Shown: positions 8,504-18,509 of the stretch, piece after piece
Numbering within the stretch: position 1 is the first letter of the stretch
Layout of the letters: every line of letters starts with the position of its first letter
Origin: an uncultured Chloroflexia bacterium
Lineage (GTDB): Bacteria > Chloroflexota > Limnocylindria > Limnocylindrales > CSP1-4
Reading direction: 5' to 3'
Length of the DNA stretch: 64,000 nt
NCBI GenBank assembly: GCA_963828165.1
Contig: CAWHDR010000001.1
Span: 2,080,001-2,144,000, forward strand
Notes under the pieces: generated by a model
Database searches by the model: none
Told to the model about the DNA's origin: nothing
The model's input: only the letters and a program-made list of their open reading frames with translations
Position numbers and translations under genes: made by a program

Positions 8504-9889
8504 GTGACGTCCACGACCACCGACGCCTTCTCCATCCCTGGCCTGCGCGCCGCCATCGGCGGCCGGGTGATCACGTCTGACGACCCGGAGTACGACAAGG
8601 CCAGGTCCGTCGTCGCCGGCGGCATCGATCGCCGGCCGCTCGTCATCGTCCGTCCCGCCAACGCCGACGATGTCGCCAAGGTCGTCACGATCGCCAGCGA
8701 CACCGGGCTCCCGCTCGCGGTCCGCTGCGGCGGTCACAGCGCGGCGGGGCACTCCGTCGTCGAGGACGGGATCGTGCTCGACCTGCGCGATATGAAGGCG
8801 CTCGAGATCGACGTCGAGGGCCGGACCGCCTGGGCAGAGGCCGGCCTGACCGCCGGTGAGTACACGACCGCGGCAGCGGCTCACGATCTGGCGACCGGCT
8901 TCGGGGACACGGGTTCGGTCGGGCTCGGCGGGATCACGCTCGGCGGGGGAGTCGGCTATCTCGTTCGCAAGCACGGCTTGACGATCGACTCACTGCTGGC
9001 CGCCGACATCGTGACCGCCGACGGCCAGCTCCGTCGCGTCGATGCCGAGCATCACCCGGATCTGTTCTGGGCGGTCCGCGGTGGCGGCGGCAACTTCGGC
9101 GTGGCCACCCGCTTCCGATTCCAGCTGCATCCGCTCGAGTCGACCGTTGGCGGCATGCTGATCCTGCCGGCCACGGCGGAGACGATCGCAGGGTTCATCG
9201 CGGCCGCCGAGGCGGCGCCCGAGGAGCTGTCGACCATCGCGAACATCATGCCCTGCCCGCCGATGCCGTTCGTGCCCGACGAATACCACGGGAAGCTCGT
9301 GAACATGGCGCTCATGACGTATGCGGGCGACAGCGATGCCGGCGAGCGCGCCCTCGCCCCGTTCCGAGCCCTCGCGACGCCCATCGCCGACATGCTCAAG
9401 ACGCAGCCCTACCCGGATATGTACCCGCCGGAGGACGATTTGTACCATCCCCTCGCCATCGCCCGGACGATGTTCATCGATCGCGTCGACCAGGCCGTGG
9501 CCGAGACGATCATGGAGTTCCTGAAGAACTCGGACGCGGCCATGCGCGTGGCGCAACTACGCGTCCTGGGCGGGGAGATGGCCCGCGTGCCGGCGGATGC
9601 CACGGCCTTCGCCCACCGCACGAATCGGATCATGGTCAACGTCGCCTCCTTCTACGAGGGCCCCGATGACAAGCCGATCCGCGAGGCCTGGGTCGCCGAA
9701 TTCGTCGCGGCCATCCACCAGGGTGACCCCGCCGCGTATGTGAACTTCCTCGGCGACGAGGGCGAGGGCCGCGTCCGGGCCGCCTATCCCGGGACGACCT
9801 GGGACCGCCTGGCCGAGATCAAGCGTCGCTACGATCCGACGAACCTCTTCCGGCTCAACCAGAACATCCCGCCCGCGCCGAGCGCCTGA
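8504..9889 (+). CDS. FAD-binding oxidoreductase, berberine-bridge-enzyme-like
   Basis: AVRCGGHS covalent FAD His, LFWAVRGGGGNFGV, YVNF...RLAEIKRRYDPTNLF; GTG start with AAGGAG. Confidence 0.92.
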   Translation: MTSTTTDAFSIPGLRAAIGGRVITSDDPEYDKARSVVAGGIDRRPLVIVRPANADDVAKVVTIASDTGLPLAVRCGGHSAAGHSVVEDGIVLDLRDMKALEIDVEGRTAWAEAGLTAGEYTTAAAAHDLATGFGDTGSVGLGGITLGGGVGYLVRKHGLTIDSLLAADIVTADGQLRRVDAEHHPDLFWAVRGGGGNFGVATRFRFQLHPLESTVGGMLILPATAETIAGFIAAAEAAPEELSTIANIMPCPPMPFVPDEYHGKLVNMALMTYAGDSDAGERALAPFRALATPIADMLKTQPYPDMYPPEDDLYHPLAIARTMFIDRVDQAVAETIMEFLKNSDAAMRVAQLRVLGGEMARVPADATAFAHRTNRIMVNVASFYEGPDDKPIREAWVAEFVAAIHQGDPAAYVNFLGDEGEGRVRAAYPGTTWDRLAEIKRRYDPTNLFRLNQNIPPAPSA

Positions 9890-9959
9890 TGGGCGGGCCG
9901 GCCCCACGACCGAGGTCGATCCGCGGTTCAGCAGCACGGGCGCGACCGCGACGCCGTGG

Positions 9960-10215
9960 CCGGAGGCTCGCGCCCAGCTGGACCCTCGGGCGTCTGGCGG
10001 CCGCGTATCTTCCGACGTGCGACCGGGTGTTCGTGTTCGAGGCGCGCGACGGCGAGCTGCACGCCGAAGGCAGTGCCGACCCGGCCCTCGCGTTCGAGGT
10101 GCGTGCCACGAAGGCATTCGGGTTCGAGAAGGGCGCGTCGTTCAGCCAGACCCGCTACCGCTTCGAACCGCAGCGCTTCGGGCGGCCGAGATCCGCGCAC
10201 GTGGGAGGACATTGA
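9960..10215 (+). pseudogene. possible gene remnant / short hypothetical ORF
   Basis: Strongly GC3-biased codons across LAAAYLPTCDRVF...FEKGASFSQTRYRFEP, but no convincing start or RBS. Confidence 0.3.
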
Positions 10216-10216
10216 C

Positions 10217-10666
10217 ATGCGTTTCCGCACGACGATCCTGCGGGGCGACAAGACAGCGACCGGCATCCGCGTCCCGGCCGAGATCGTCGAGGCGCTCGGC
10301 AAGGGCAAGCGCCCCCCGGTCAAGGTCACGATCAACGGGTTCACGTACCGGAACACCATCGCCGTGATGGACGGCGACTACATGGTCGGTGTCAGCGCGG
10401 AGAACCGGGCAGGCGCCGGGGTGGGTGGCGGCGATCAGGTCGATGTCGACATCGAGCTCGATAGCGAGCCGCGCGTGGTGACCCTTCCGCCCGACTTCGA
10501 TGCGGCGCTCGACGCCGAGCCAGACGCACGACGCACGTTCGAGAGCCTCTCGCCCAGCAACAAGGGTTGGCACGTGCTCCAGGTCGAGGGCGCCAAGACC
10601 GACGAGACGCGGCAGCGCCGTATCGCGAAGCAGGTCGATGCGTTGCGTGACGGTCGCGCCCGGTAG
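10217..10666 (+). CDS. DUF1905 / YdeI-OmpD-associated family protein
   Basis: GKGKRPPVKVTINGFTYR; LPPDFDAAL...AKTDETRQRRIAK; GGAGG RBS. Confidence 0.9.
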   Translation: MRFRTTILRGDKTATGIRVPAEIVEALGKGKRPPVKVTINGFTYRNTIAVMDGDYMVGVSAENRAGAGVGGGDQVDVDIELDSEPRVVTLPPDFDAALDAEPDARRTFESLSPSNKGWHVLQVEGAKTDETRQRRIAKQVDALRDGRAR

Positions 10667-10683
10667 GAGCCGGTTTCGAGACC

Positions 10684-11577
10684 CTATGTCAGCCCTGCCC
10701 CCGCGGCTCGCGCGTCCTCGACCAGTGATTCCAGCGCGTCGTCATCGGCCGCCGAGTCGCGCACGAGGCCGATCACCCGGCTGACGCCGAGCTCGCGATA
10801 CGCGGCGAGCCGGTCGACCCGTCGCGCGCCACGCTCCGTGATGTCCTCGCGCCAGACGTGCACCGACACCGAAAGGGTTGCCGGATCGCGCCCGATCTCC
10901 TCACAGCGGCCGCGGATCACGGGGAGCGCCTCCGCGAGCTCCGTCGGCGTCAGCCCGTCCACGTTGAGCTCGTCCGCGTGACGCGCGGCGAGGCGCCAGG
11001 TCACGTTGGGCCCGTTGCCGCCGACCATGATCGGGACGCGCGGCCGCTGGATGGGCTTGGGAACGTTGATCGCGTCGCGGACGCTCGAATAGCGGCCTTC
11101 ATGGGTCGCATGCCGATGCTCGTCGCCATCGAGCATCCGGGTGATGACCTCGAGGTCATCGGCCAGCCGTGCCAGGCGTTCCTTGGTCTCGGGGAAGCCG
11201 TATCCGTAGGCCAGCCACTCGTCGCGCTTCCAACCGGCCCCGATCCCGAGCTCCATCCGGCCGCCGCTGATCGAATCCATCGTGGCGATCATCTTCGCGG
11301 TCAGGGCCGGGTTCCGAAACGCCGTGCAGATCACGACGTGTCCGAGCCGGACGCGCTCGGTCAACGCGGCCAGGGCCGATAGCGACGTGAACGACTCGAA
11401 GGTGATCTCGTCGGTCGGGCGCGGGACCGTATGGAAATGGTCGAACAGCCAGATGGACTCGAAGCCGAGCCGCTCGGCTTCTTGCGCGACCGTGGTCGTG
11501 CGCCGCCACGCGTCGAGTGGGTCCCAGCCGTCGTACTCGCCGACCCAGCCCTGCGGGACGATCGCACCAAGCTTCAT
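10684..11577 (-). CDS. LLM-class (probably F420-dependent) oxidoreductase
   Basis: AERLGFESIWLFDHF, FRNPALTAK, ISGGRMELGIGAGW, PIMVGGNG. Confidence 0.9.
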   Translation of the reverse strand: MKLGAIVPQGWVGEYDGWDPLDAWRRTTTVAQEAERLGFESIWLFDHFHTVPRPTDEITFESFTSLSALAALTERVRLGHVVICTAFRNPALTAKMIATMDSISGGRMELGIGAGWKRDEWLAYGYGFPETKERLARLADDLEVITRMLDGDEHRHATHEGRYSSVRDAINVPKPIQRPRVPIMVGGNGPNVTWRLAARHADELNVDGLTPTELAEALPVIRGRCEEIGRDPATLSVSVHVWREDITERGARRVDRLAAYRELGVSRVIGLVRDSAADDDALESLVEDARAAGAGLT

Positions 11578-11912
11578 GGTGCCGACTCGGCGAGTTCCAC
11601 CACGGTCTCGCCTCCGAACGCCATCGCCCGACCCACCTGGAACGTATCGGCGATCGCGTTCCACGCCTCGAAACCCGGGTGGGCGTCGTGCGCATGGTGG
11701 CCCTCGCCGCTCGCGAAGATCACGGACACGAGGTACTGCGTCGCGCCCTTGACCGGTCGGGTGGAGATGTCCATCCGGCTGAGCGTCGCGTGAACGAGCA
11801 GGCCGCGCGCCTGGAGGTCCCGCCACACCGGCAGCTCATGTTCGCGGAACCCAGCCTCGAATTCGTCGACGCGATCCTCGCCCACGCTCAGGATGACGAC
11901 CACCGTTTCCAT
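11574..11912 (-). CDS. hypothetical protein (dimeric alpha-beta barrel-like)
   Basis: GGAGG RBS; ATGA overlap with the LLM gene; HHAHDAHPGF. Confidence 0.7.
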   Translation of the reverse strand: METVVVILSVGEDRVDEFEAGFREHELPVWRDLQARGLLVHATLSRMDISTRPVKGATQYLVSVIFASGEGHHAHDAHPGFEAWNAIADTFQVGRAMAFGGETVVELAESAP

Positions 11913-11966
11913 GCGCGCACCTCCGCCGCACATCATCGGCCGTCGTGGGCGATGGTGCCGAACGGG

Positions 11967-13169
11967 TCAGGCGTTGAGCGCGGAGAGCCCCACTGGCGCG
12001 GCGAGTGCGGCGACCGAGGCCGCAGCCCCGACGCGCTGGAACAGCTCGCGATACTGGGCTCCGACCTCCGACCAGACCATCTTGCGGCTGTGGTCGTACG
12101 CCTTGCGGCCAAGCGCGGCTCGAAGTTTGTCGTCACCGAGCACCTTGTTGAGCGCGGCCGCGAAGGGGCCAGGTGAGGGTTCTGGCACGAGCAAGCCCCG
12201 CCCGCCGGCGAGCAGCTCGGCGGCGTAGGCGTACGGCGTCGACACGATGGCACGACCGGCGCCCATCGCGTACGAGAGCGTGCCCGACACGGTCTGGTCC
12301 AGGTTGGGATATGGGGTGACGACGATGTCGGCGGCCTGCAGCCAGCGGGTCATCGCGACGCGGTGGGCGAACTCGTCGACGAACCGGACATGGCCTCCGA
12401 GCTTGAGCGCCTTGACTCGGGCGACCAGGGTCGCTCGATACGACTCCCCGTCCGCTTCCAGCAGGTCGGGATGCGTCACGCCCACGATCACGTAGGTCAC
12501 GTCGGGGTTCGCTTCGATCACCGCCGGGAGCGCTTCGAGCATCAGCTCGTGTCCCTTCGTCGGGCCCAGCAGGCCGAAGCTCAGGATCACCCGGCGTCCC
12601 TCGAGACCGAGGCTCGCCTTGATCACCGCCGTGTCGGCCATGGGCAGGTCGGGTACGCCGTGGGGGATCACGTTGAGGCGGTGCGGGTCGACGCCATAGC
12701 CCTTCTTGAGGAGCGTCGCCGCCGATTGGGACATCACGACCGTCGCGTCGACGCTGGCAACCAGGTCCGCGAGAACGGTCCGCTGCCGGGTCGTCGGCGT
12801 TCGCGGGATCGCGTGAAGCGTGGCCACCGCGGGGACATTCAATGCCTCGACGAGATCGAAGACGTATTCGCCCTGATCGCCACCCCAGGTGTCGTAGTCG
12901 AATTGGAGGGAGACGGCCTCGACGCAGGCTCCCAGCGCACGTCCGGTCGCGGCATAGTCGGAGCGCTCATCGCGGCGGATCCGGTGATGGACCTCGAGGG
13001 GGAACGGTGTGCCCCGTCCGGGTGGGAGCAGGACGGCGATCTCGCGGTCACCTGTCGCAGCCGCCAGATCGCGTGTGAACGTTGCGATCCCACAGCGACG
13101 CGGGGGGTAACTGGAGACGAAGGCAGTCCGGGCGATGACGTAGGTCCTCTCGGTCGACCGGAGCGGCAA
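11967..13169 (-). CDS. glycosyltransferase family 4
   Basis: SSYPPRRCGIATF, VIPHGVP, SFGLLGPTKG, SGTLSYAMGAG, VSTPY; start uncertain. Confidence 0.9.
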   Translation of the reverse strand: MPLRSTERTYVIARTAFVSSYPPRRCGIATFTRDLAAATGDREIAVLLPPGRGTPFPLEVHHRIRRDERSDYAATGRALGACVEAVSLQFDYDTWGGDQGEYVFDLVEALNVPAVATLHAIPRTPTTRQRTVLADLVASVDATVVMSQSAATLLKKGYGVDPHRLNVIPHGVPDLPMADTAVIKASLGLEGRRVILSFGLLGPTKGHELMLEALPAVIEANPDVTYVIVGVTHPDLLEADGESYRATLVARVKALKLGGHVRFVDEFAHRVAMTRWLQAADIVVTPYPNLDQTVSGTLSYAMGAGRAIVSTPYAYAAELLAGGRGLLVPEPSPGPFAAALNKVLGDDKLRAALGRKAYDHSRKMVWSEVGAQYRELFQRVGAAASVAALAAPVGLSALNA

Positions 13170-13272
13170 CCGGTCCGCGCTGGGACGGGCGCTCCGTGAG
13201 CCGGTGTCTTGTGCGGAGAGGGTACAGCGGCCAGCCCGATGTGGGTCGGCCGCTATTCCGTGAAGTCCGAGG

Positions 13273-13301
13273 GAGCGGCCCGTCCGATGGGCGGGCCGCT
13301 C
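13273..13301 (-). terminator. hairpin terminator after cold-shock gene
   Basis: GAGCGGCCCGTCC / GGGCGGGCCGCTC inverted repeat. Confidence 0.55.
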
Positions 13302-13309
13302 GATGCGGG

Positions 13310-13513
13310 CTAGGCGGAGCGCACGTTGTTAGCGCGCGGGCCCTTGGGGCTCTGCTCGACGTCAAAGACGACGGGCTCGCCGCCGACAAGGCGGTCGAAA
13401 TCGAGCGAGGTATCAAGCCCACCGCGATGGAAGAAGTATTCCTTCTCATCCTCGGCGGAGATGAAGCCGAAGCCGCGATCGGCGACGACCTTCTTGATGG
13501 TACCGGTGGTCAT
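13310..13513 (-). CDS. cspA: cold-shock protein
   Basis: GTIKK...RGFGFI (RNP1), YFFHRGG (RNP2), SPKGPRANNV; 67 aa; GGAGG RBS. Confidence 0.95.
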   Translation of the reverse strand: MTTGTIKKVVADRGFGFISAEDEKEYFFHRGGLDTSLDFDRLVGGEPVVFDVEQSPKGPRANNVRSA

Positions 13514-13623
13514 GAGGACCTCCAACACTTCCCGAACACGGAGAGAAGACGCACGGCCCGTTCGAGAAGGAGATCGACCACGCGGAGCATCGCCACGCAG
13601 TGCGGCGATACCCCACCTTACCA
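13514..13623 (-). promoter_or_regulatory. extended -10 promoter and structured csp 5' UTR
   Basis: TGGTAAGGT at 13623-13615; 5' hairpin 13610-13588; GATCTCC/TTCTCGAAC pair with GGAGGTC/GTTCGGGAA around the SD. Confidence 0.6.
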
Positions 13624-13688
13624 CACCGATTCGCCGATTCCGGCCCTCCGGCCCGGGAGTCGCTCGCGATTCGAGGCTCGATTCGCCC

Positions 13689-15626
13689 CTAATTCGCCGC
13701 GACGAAGGCGTCGACATCGACCAGCGGGCGGCCGGGTGTGCCGTCGACGCGAATGCTGACCGTGCGGGCGGCCGAGGTCGACCAGTTGCGCGCCCACACG
13801 ACCCGCTGGTTGCCGTAGGTCGGGGCATACAGGTCGACCGTCGCGACCTTGGTGCCGTTGACGGAGACCGTGGCCACACCGCGGTTGGGCCCGGTCCGCG
13901 CGACCCACGCGGCGGCGCGCCCGGTGAAGGACAGCGTCGCCTGAGCTCCGGCCGTGCCCGAGCGCTTGGCCGCCCCGCCCCAGTAGGCCGCCGGGTCCGA
14001 CACGGTCGTCCAGGACCCGCTGTAGGTGATGGCGCTGTTGAACTCGCTGTAGCGGGCCAGCCAGAACGGCGTCCCGAACACCCACGCTCCGACGTTGCCG
14101 GCCTTGTCCACGGCGCGCACCCGGAAGCGGTACGTGTGCAGGCTTGACAGCGAGCGGTCGGCGGTCGGCGCGGTGAGCGTCGTCGAGACGACCGTCCACG
14201 CGCCGCCGTCGGTGCTCTGGAGCAGCTCGTAGCGGGCGATCCCGCTCGTGGCGTCCGTGCCCGACCAGGGCACGCGCAGGGTGATCCGGCCGGCGTCGAT
14301 GGTGGTCGCCGCCACCAGGCCTCGGCGCGGCTCGGTGGCCGTCGGGGCGACCGTGTCGAGCACGATCGTGTCGGTCTTGACGGCGCTCCAGTTGTTGGCT
14401 GCGTCCTTCCACTTGGCATACACCGTCCGGATGCCGTTCGTGGCCGGCAGGGTCCAGGACTGGCTGGCGGCATACGGCCGGGTCGTCCAGTTGACTCCGT
14501 CATTCGACAGCTCGACCTGGCTGACGCTCGAGTCCGCGTCGGTCGCCGGCACCGCCAGCGTGACCGACGACGTCGCCGTCACGGCCCGGCCGCCCGCGAT
14601 CGTGACCGAGCCGCTGGGACCCGTTGAGTCGAGGCCCACCACGTCGAGATCCATCGGCGAGCTTTGGCTTGGGTCGGTGTTGGGACTGCCCGGATAGAAC
14701 GCGATCAGCGAGTGCGATCCGACCCCGAGCTCGTTGCGGACGATGAACGCGACGAGGGTCGTTTCACCGACACCGGTTTCCGGCGAGATGCCAACGAACC
14801 ACCCGTGGTCTGGGCTCTTACCGACCCGCGCATCGATCGCTGTCTCCGGCGGCGGGTCCACGGTGACCCGGAACGTGACGCTCTCTTCGGTGGTGATCTC
14901 GGCCGGCAGGATCTCCAGGGTCGTCGTCGTCGCGTGTGCGAAAACGGACTGCACGATCGACGGGCCGCAGTCCTCCATGAAATCGATGTTCCCGGAGAAG
15001 CAGGCCTTGATCGGATAGTCGAACGTAGCCGTCGGCGTCCAGGTCACGTCGGTGACGCCGCCATCGCCGATCGGGACCGGCAGATTGATCATGCCCGAGT
15101 GGTCCGCGCGGACCACCTGGACCGAGCCTCCCCCCGGGTCGGGCTCCACTGTGATCCGAAGTCCAACAGGTTCACCGCGGAGAGACGGGCTGCCGTCACT
15201 CTCCAGGGTCACCGTGACCGGCGTCCGGTCGTCGATGACCTCGACCACCACGGCATCGCTGGTCGACGGTGCGGAGGATTCGCTGCCGTTGTACGTCGCC
15301 ACGAAGGTGTGCGTCCCGGCTGTCAGCCCATTGGGCAGCGACAGATGCGCGACGCCGTTCGGGCTGATCTCGTCCTCGACCAGCCCGACGCCATTCCGCA
15401 CCAGGGTGACCGTGCCGCCGTCGTCAGGAGATGGGCGAACCACGACCATGAATGAGACGGGATCCCAGATACCGATCGGCCCGGCGGGCTCGCGAAGCTC
15501 CGTCGTCGTGGCCACCGGCTCGGCGCCCGCGACGGCGGACATGCCAACCGGACCGAGTGTGGCAATGAGAGCGGCAACCAGCAGCGATGTCGCCCACCTC
15601 GAATGGCGAACGCGACCTCGGATCAT
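13689..15626 (-). CDS. secreted multi-Ig-like / FN3 domain protein
   Basis: Signal peptide; three Big_3-like repeats (GTHTFVATYNG, GSHSLIAFYPG); YRFRVRAVDKAGN FN3; C-terminal beta-sandwich. Confidence 0.85.
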   Translation of the reverse strand: MIRGRVRHSRWATSLLVAALIATLGPVGMSAVAGAEPVATTTELREPAGPIGIWDPVSFMVVVRPSPDDGGTVTLVRNGVGLVEDEISPNGVAHLSLPNGLTAGTHTFVATYNGSESSAPSTSDAVVVEVIDDRTPVTVTLESDGSPSLRGEPVGLRITVEPDPGGGSVQVVRADHSGMINLPVPIGDGGVTDVTWTPTATFDYPIKACFSGNIDFMEDCGPSIVQSVFAHATTTTLEILPAEITTEESVTFRVTVDPPPETAIDARVGKSPDHGWFVGISPETGVGETTLVAFIVRNELGVGSHSLIAFYPGSPNTDPSQSSPMDLDVVGLDSTGPSGSVTIAGGRAVTATSSVTLAVPATDADSSVSQVELSNDGVNWTTRPYAASQSWTLPATNGIRTVYAKWKDAANNWSAVKTDTIVLDTVAPTATEPRRGLVAATTIDAGRITLRVPWSGTDATSGIARYELLQSTDGGAWTVVSTTLTAPTADRSLSSLHTYRFRVRAVDKAGNVGAWVFGTPFWLARYSEFNSAITYSGSWTTVSDPAAYWGGAAKRSGTAGAQATLSFTGRAAAWVARTGPNRGVATVSVNGTKVATVDLYAPTYGNQRVVWARNWSTSAARTVSIRVDGTPGRPLVDVDAFVAAN

Positions 15627-15822
15627 GAGCGCGGTCGAGCCGGAGCACGGAGCGGCGTGAACGGCATGGTTCCCCTCAGTCGACGCAGGCTTGGGGCGCC
15701 CGGGAGTGCCCTATGCGCGGGAACGTAGCAGAGGCTTCGTGGCCTGTATACAGATCGTCGGTGCGCACGCGCACCTACTATTGGTCCGCCGCGATTGAGA
15801 GCGCTATCAGTACGCTACGCGT

Positions 15823-17295
15823 ATGGAACGCTTCGACCTGATCGTGATCGGCGGGGGTCCAGCCGGCACCACTGCGGCCTTGCGCGCGGCTGAGCTCGGG
15901 GCGCGCGTGGCGCTCGTGGAGCGCGACCGACCCGGTGGCACGTGTACGGACGACGGGTGTGCGCCCACGCGCGTGCTCGCAAAGGCTGCTCGTCTGCTCC
16001 GGGACCTCGAGCAACTGCCGGCGTACGGGCTCGGCGCACCTGATGGCTCGAGCGCAGGGCAGGGGAGCGTGGATCTGGCGGCGCTGCTCGCCGCGACCCA
16101 GCGCACTGTCTACGAGCTGCAGGAGAAGAAGCAGCTTGTCGGCCACCTCGCGGGAGCCGGCGTCACCCTGATCGCCGGTCGCGGTCCGGTCGGGTTCTTC
16201 GGCTCGAACACCATTGAGGGTGCCGGAGGCGAGGCCCTGGAGGCAGACCGGTTCATCATCGCGGCGGGAGGCCACGCTCGCCGCCTCCCGTTCCCGGGCA
16301 GCGAGCTCGCACTCACGCACTCAGACGTGTGGGAGCTTCGCACGCTTCCCCGTTCGATGGCGATCGTGGGCGCGGCGGCTACCGGGGCCCAGCTCGCGTC
16401 CGTCTTCGCGGCCTTCGGCACGGCGGTCACGCTCCTGGAGCTCGCCCCTCGCGTCACTCCGGGAGAGGACGAGGACATCTCCGCGGCACTTGCCGCGGCG
16501 TTCACGGCGAATGGCATCGAGGTGATCACCGGCATCAGCGGGGTCGACGCCATCACGCGTGACGACCGCGGACTGCGACTCGCCTACCGGGCCGGCGATC
16601 GACCGGTCGACCTCGACGTCGAGTCCGTGATGCTGGCCGTCGGCTGGCCGGGAAACCTGGACGACCTGCGACTGGAGGAAGCCGGCGTCGAGACGGACCG
16701 TGGGTACATCAAGGTCGACGACCGCTTGCAAACGTCGGCGCCGCACATCTGGGCCGCCGGCGACATCACCGGACGGATGATGCTGGTCCAGAGCGCGACC
16801 TATGAGGGCCGCATCGCCGCCGAGAATGCCATCGGGAACGACGGTCGCGAGCTGCACCACACGATCGTGGCCCACGGTGGCTTCACCGATCCCGAGTATG
16901 GGTCCGTCGGCCTGACCGAAGCCGCCGCGCGCGCCGGCGGCCGCGACGTCGTGACCGGCAAGGTCTCGTACGGCGACCTCGATCGAGCGGTCATCGACCG
17001 GCGCACCGATGGTTTCGCGAAGCTCGTCGTGGACCCAGACACGCATCGGGTGCTGGGCGCCCATGTCATCGGCGAGCAGGCGGTCGAGGTCGTCCAGATC
17101 GCCGCGACGGCGATGGCCGCCGAGATGCCGGTCGAGCAGCTGGCGGAGATCGAGTTCGCGTATCCGACCTTCACGTCGATCATCGGCCTGGCCGCGCGCC
17201 AGGTCGTCCATGCACTGCGACTCGGCGGCGACGTCGAGGCGTGGGAGGCGATGGGCCGGCCGCGCCAGGCGGAATGGGAGCGGCGCGACCCGTAG
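15823..17295 (+). CDS. pyridine nucleotide-disulfide oxidoreductase (dihydrolipoamide dehydrogenase/mercuric reductase family)
   Basis: VIGGGPAG, GGTCTDDGCAPT redox disulfide, IWAAGD, FTDPEYGSVG, AYPT. Confidence 0.9.
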   Translation: MERFDLIVIGGGPAGTTAALRAAELGARVALVERDRPGGTCTDDGCAPTRVLAKAARLLRDLEQLPAYGLGAPDGSSAGQGSVDLAALLAATQRTVYELQEKKQLVGHLAGAGVTLIAGRGPVGFFGSNTIEGAGGEALEADRFIIAAGGHARRLPFPGSELALTHSDVWELRTLPRSMAIVGAAATGAQLASVFAAFGTAVTLLELAPRVTPGEDEDISAALAAAFTANGIEVITGISGVDAITRDDRGLRLAYRAGDRPVDLDVESVMLAVGWPGNLDDLRLEEAGVETDRGYIKVDDRLQTSAPHIWAAGDITGRMMLVQSATYEGRIAAENAIGNDGRELHHTIVAHGGFTDPEYGSVGLTEAAARAGGRDVVTGKVSYGDLDRAVIDRRTDGFAKLVVDPDTHRVLGAHVIGEQAVEVVQIAATAMAAEMPVEQLAEIEFAYPTFTSIIGLAARQVVHALRLGGDVEAWEAMGRPRQAEWERRDP

Positions 17296-17333
17296 ATTCC
17301 GCGCACCGGAGCCTCCTGCGGCAAACTGGCGCC

Positions 17334-18455
17334 ATGCCGAGAGGTTTCAAGGCGCGGCCGCCACGAGGGCGACCACCCCGCGGGTTCGTGCTCGCGGTGG
17401 GTGCGCTGCTTGTGGTCGCCTGTGCGCCGGGTGGTGGCAGTCAGGGTCCGACGGCCGCGGCACCCTCGGCCTCGCCACCGGCCGCCTCCACCATGTCACC
17501 GGGCGCGCCGACCCCAAGCACCGTCACGGGCGCTTCCCAACCCGCGGCCGGGCCGGTCATGGTACAGATCCGCGAGTTCGATGTCCCGGCCGGCTCACAC
17601 CCGCACGACGTCGCACCCGCTGCGGATGGCGGTGTCTGGTACACCGGGCAGCACAAGGGTGTGCTGGGCCACTTCGATCCGGCCACGGAGGCCATCCGCG
17701 AGATTCCGCTCGGGTCCGGTTCCGCGCCGCACGGCGTCATCACCGGCCCGGATGATGCCGCGTGGATCACGGACGGCGGCCTCAACGCGATCGTCCGTGT
17801 CGATGGCGAGACGGACGAGGTCCGCGCATTCGAACTGCCGGCCGATCGACCGGATGCGAACCTCAACACCGCCGTCTTCGACCCCGCGGGCACGTTGTGG
17901 TTCACCGGCCAGGCCGGCATCTACGGGCGGCTCGACCCGGCAAGCGGCGAGATGGACGTCTTCGACGACCCGGAGGGCCGCGGCCCGTACGGCATCACCG
18001 TCACGCCCGGCGGCGACATCTGGTACGCGTCGCTCGCCGGCAGCCACATCGCCCAGGTCGACACGACGACGGGCGCCGCGACGATCGTCGAACCGCCGAC
18101 GGCCGGCCAGGGTGCCCGACGGGTCTGGTCGGACTCACGCGGCCGGATCTGGGTCAGCGAGTGGGATGCGGGCCAGGTCGCGGTCCACGATCCGGCGACT
18201 GGGGAGTGGCAGGAATGGCCGCTCCCCGGCGAGGGGCCGCAGGCCTACGCGGTCTACGTCGACGAGCGCGACATCGTGTGGCTGACCGACTTCGGCGGGA
18301 ACGCCATCGTGAGGTTCGACCCTGCGACCCAGGCCTTCGATGCCATCAAGCTAACGAGCCCCGACGCCTCCGTGCGCCAGCTCCTGGGTCGGCCCGGCGA
18401 GCTATGGGGCGCCGAATCGGCGGTCGACAAGCTGGTGCTCGTCATCGAGAGCTGA
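17334..18455 (+). CDS. Vgb (virginiamycin B lyase)-family beta-propeller lipoprotein
   Basis: Lipobox VVAC; HPHDVAPAADGGVWYT, PHGVITGPD, GPYGITVTPGG repeats. Confidence 0.85.
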   Translation: MPRGFKARPPRGRPPRGFVLAVGALLVVACAPGGGSQGPTAAAPSASPPAASTMSPGAPTPSTVTGASQPAAGPVMVQIREFDVPAGSHPHDVAPAADGGVWYTGQHKGVLGHFDPATEAIREIPLGSGSAPHGVITGPDDAAWITDGGLNAIVRVDGETDEVRAFELPADRPDANLNTAVFDPAGTLWFTGQAGIYGRLDPASGEMDVFDDPEGRGPYGITVTPGGDIWYASLAGSHIAQVDTTTGAATIVEPPTAGQGARRVWSDSRGRIWVSEWDAGQVAVHDPATGEWQEWPLPGEGPQAYAVYVDERDIVWLTDFGGNAIVRFDPATQAFDAIKLTSPDASVRQLLGRPGELWGAESAVDKLVLVIES

Positions 18456-18461
18456 ACATAA

Positions 18462-18500
18462 GAAGCCCCCGGCCCTCCCCAAAGGACCGGGGGCAGCTTC
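18462..18500. terminator. bidirectional hairpin between convergent genes
   Basis: GCCCCCGG...CCGGGGGC inverted repeat. Confidence 0.5.
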
Positions 18501-18509
18501 AGCGAACCG

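Noticed and set aside
17334-18455. Streptogramin resistance gene vgb
   Set aside because: Lipoprotein beta-propeller of the broad Vgb-like family; resistance cannot be inferred from the fold
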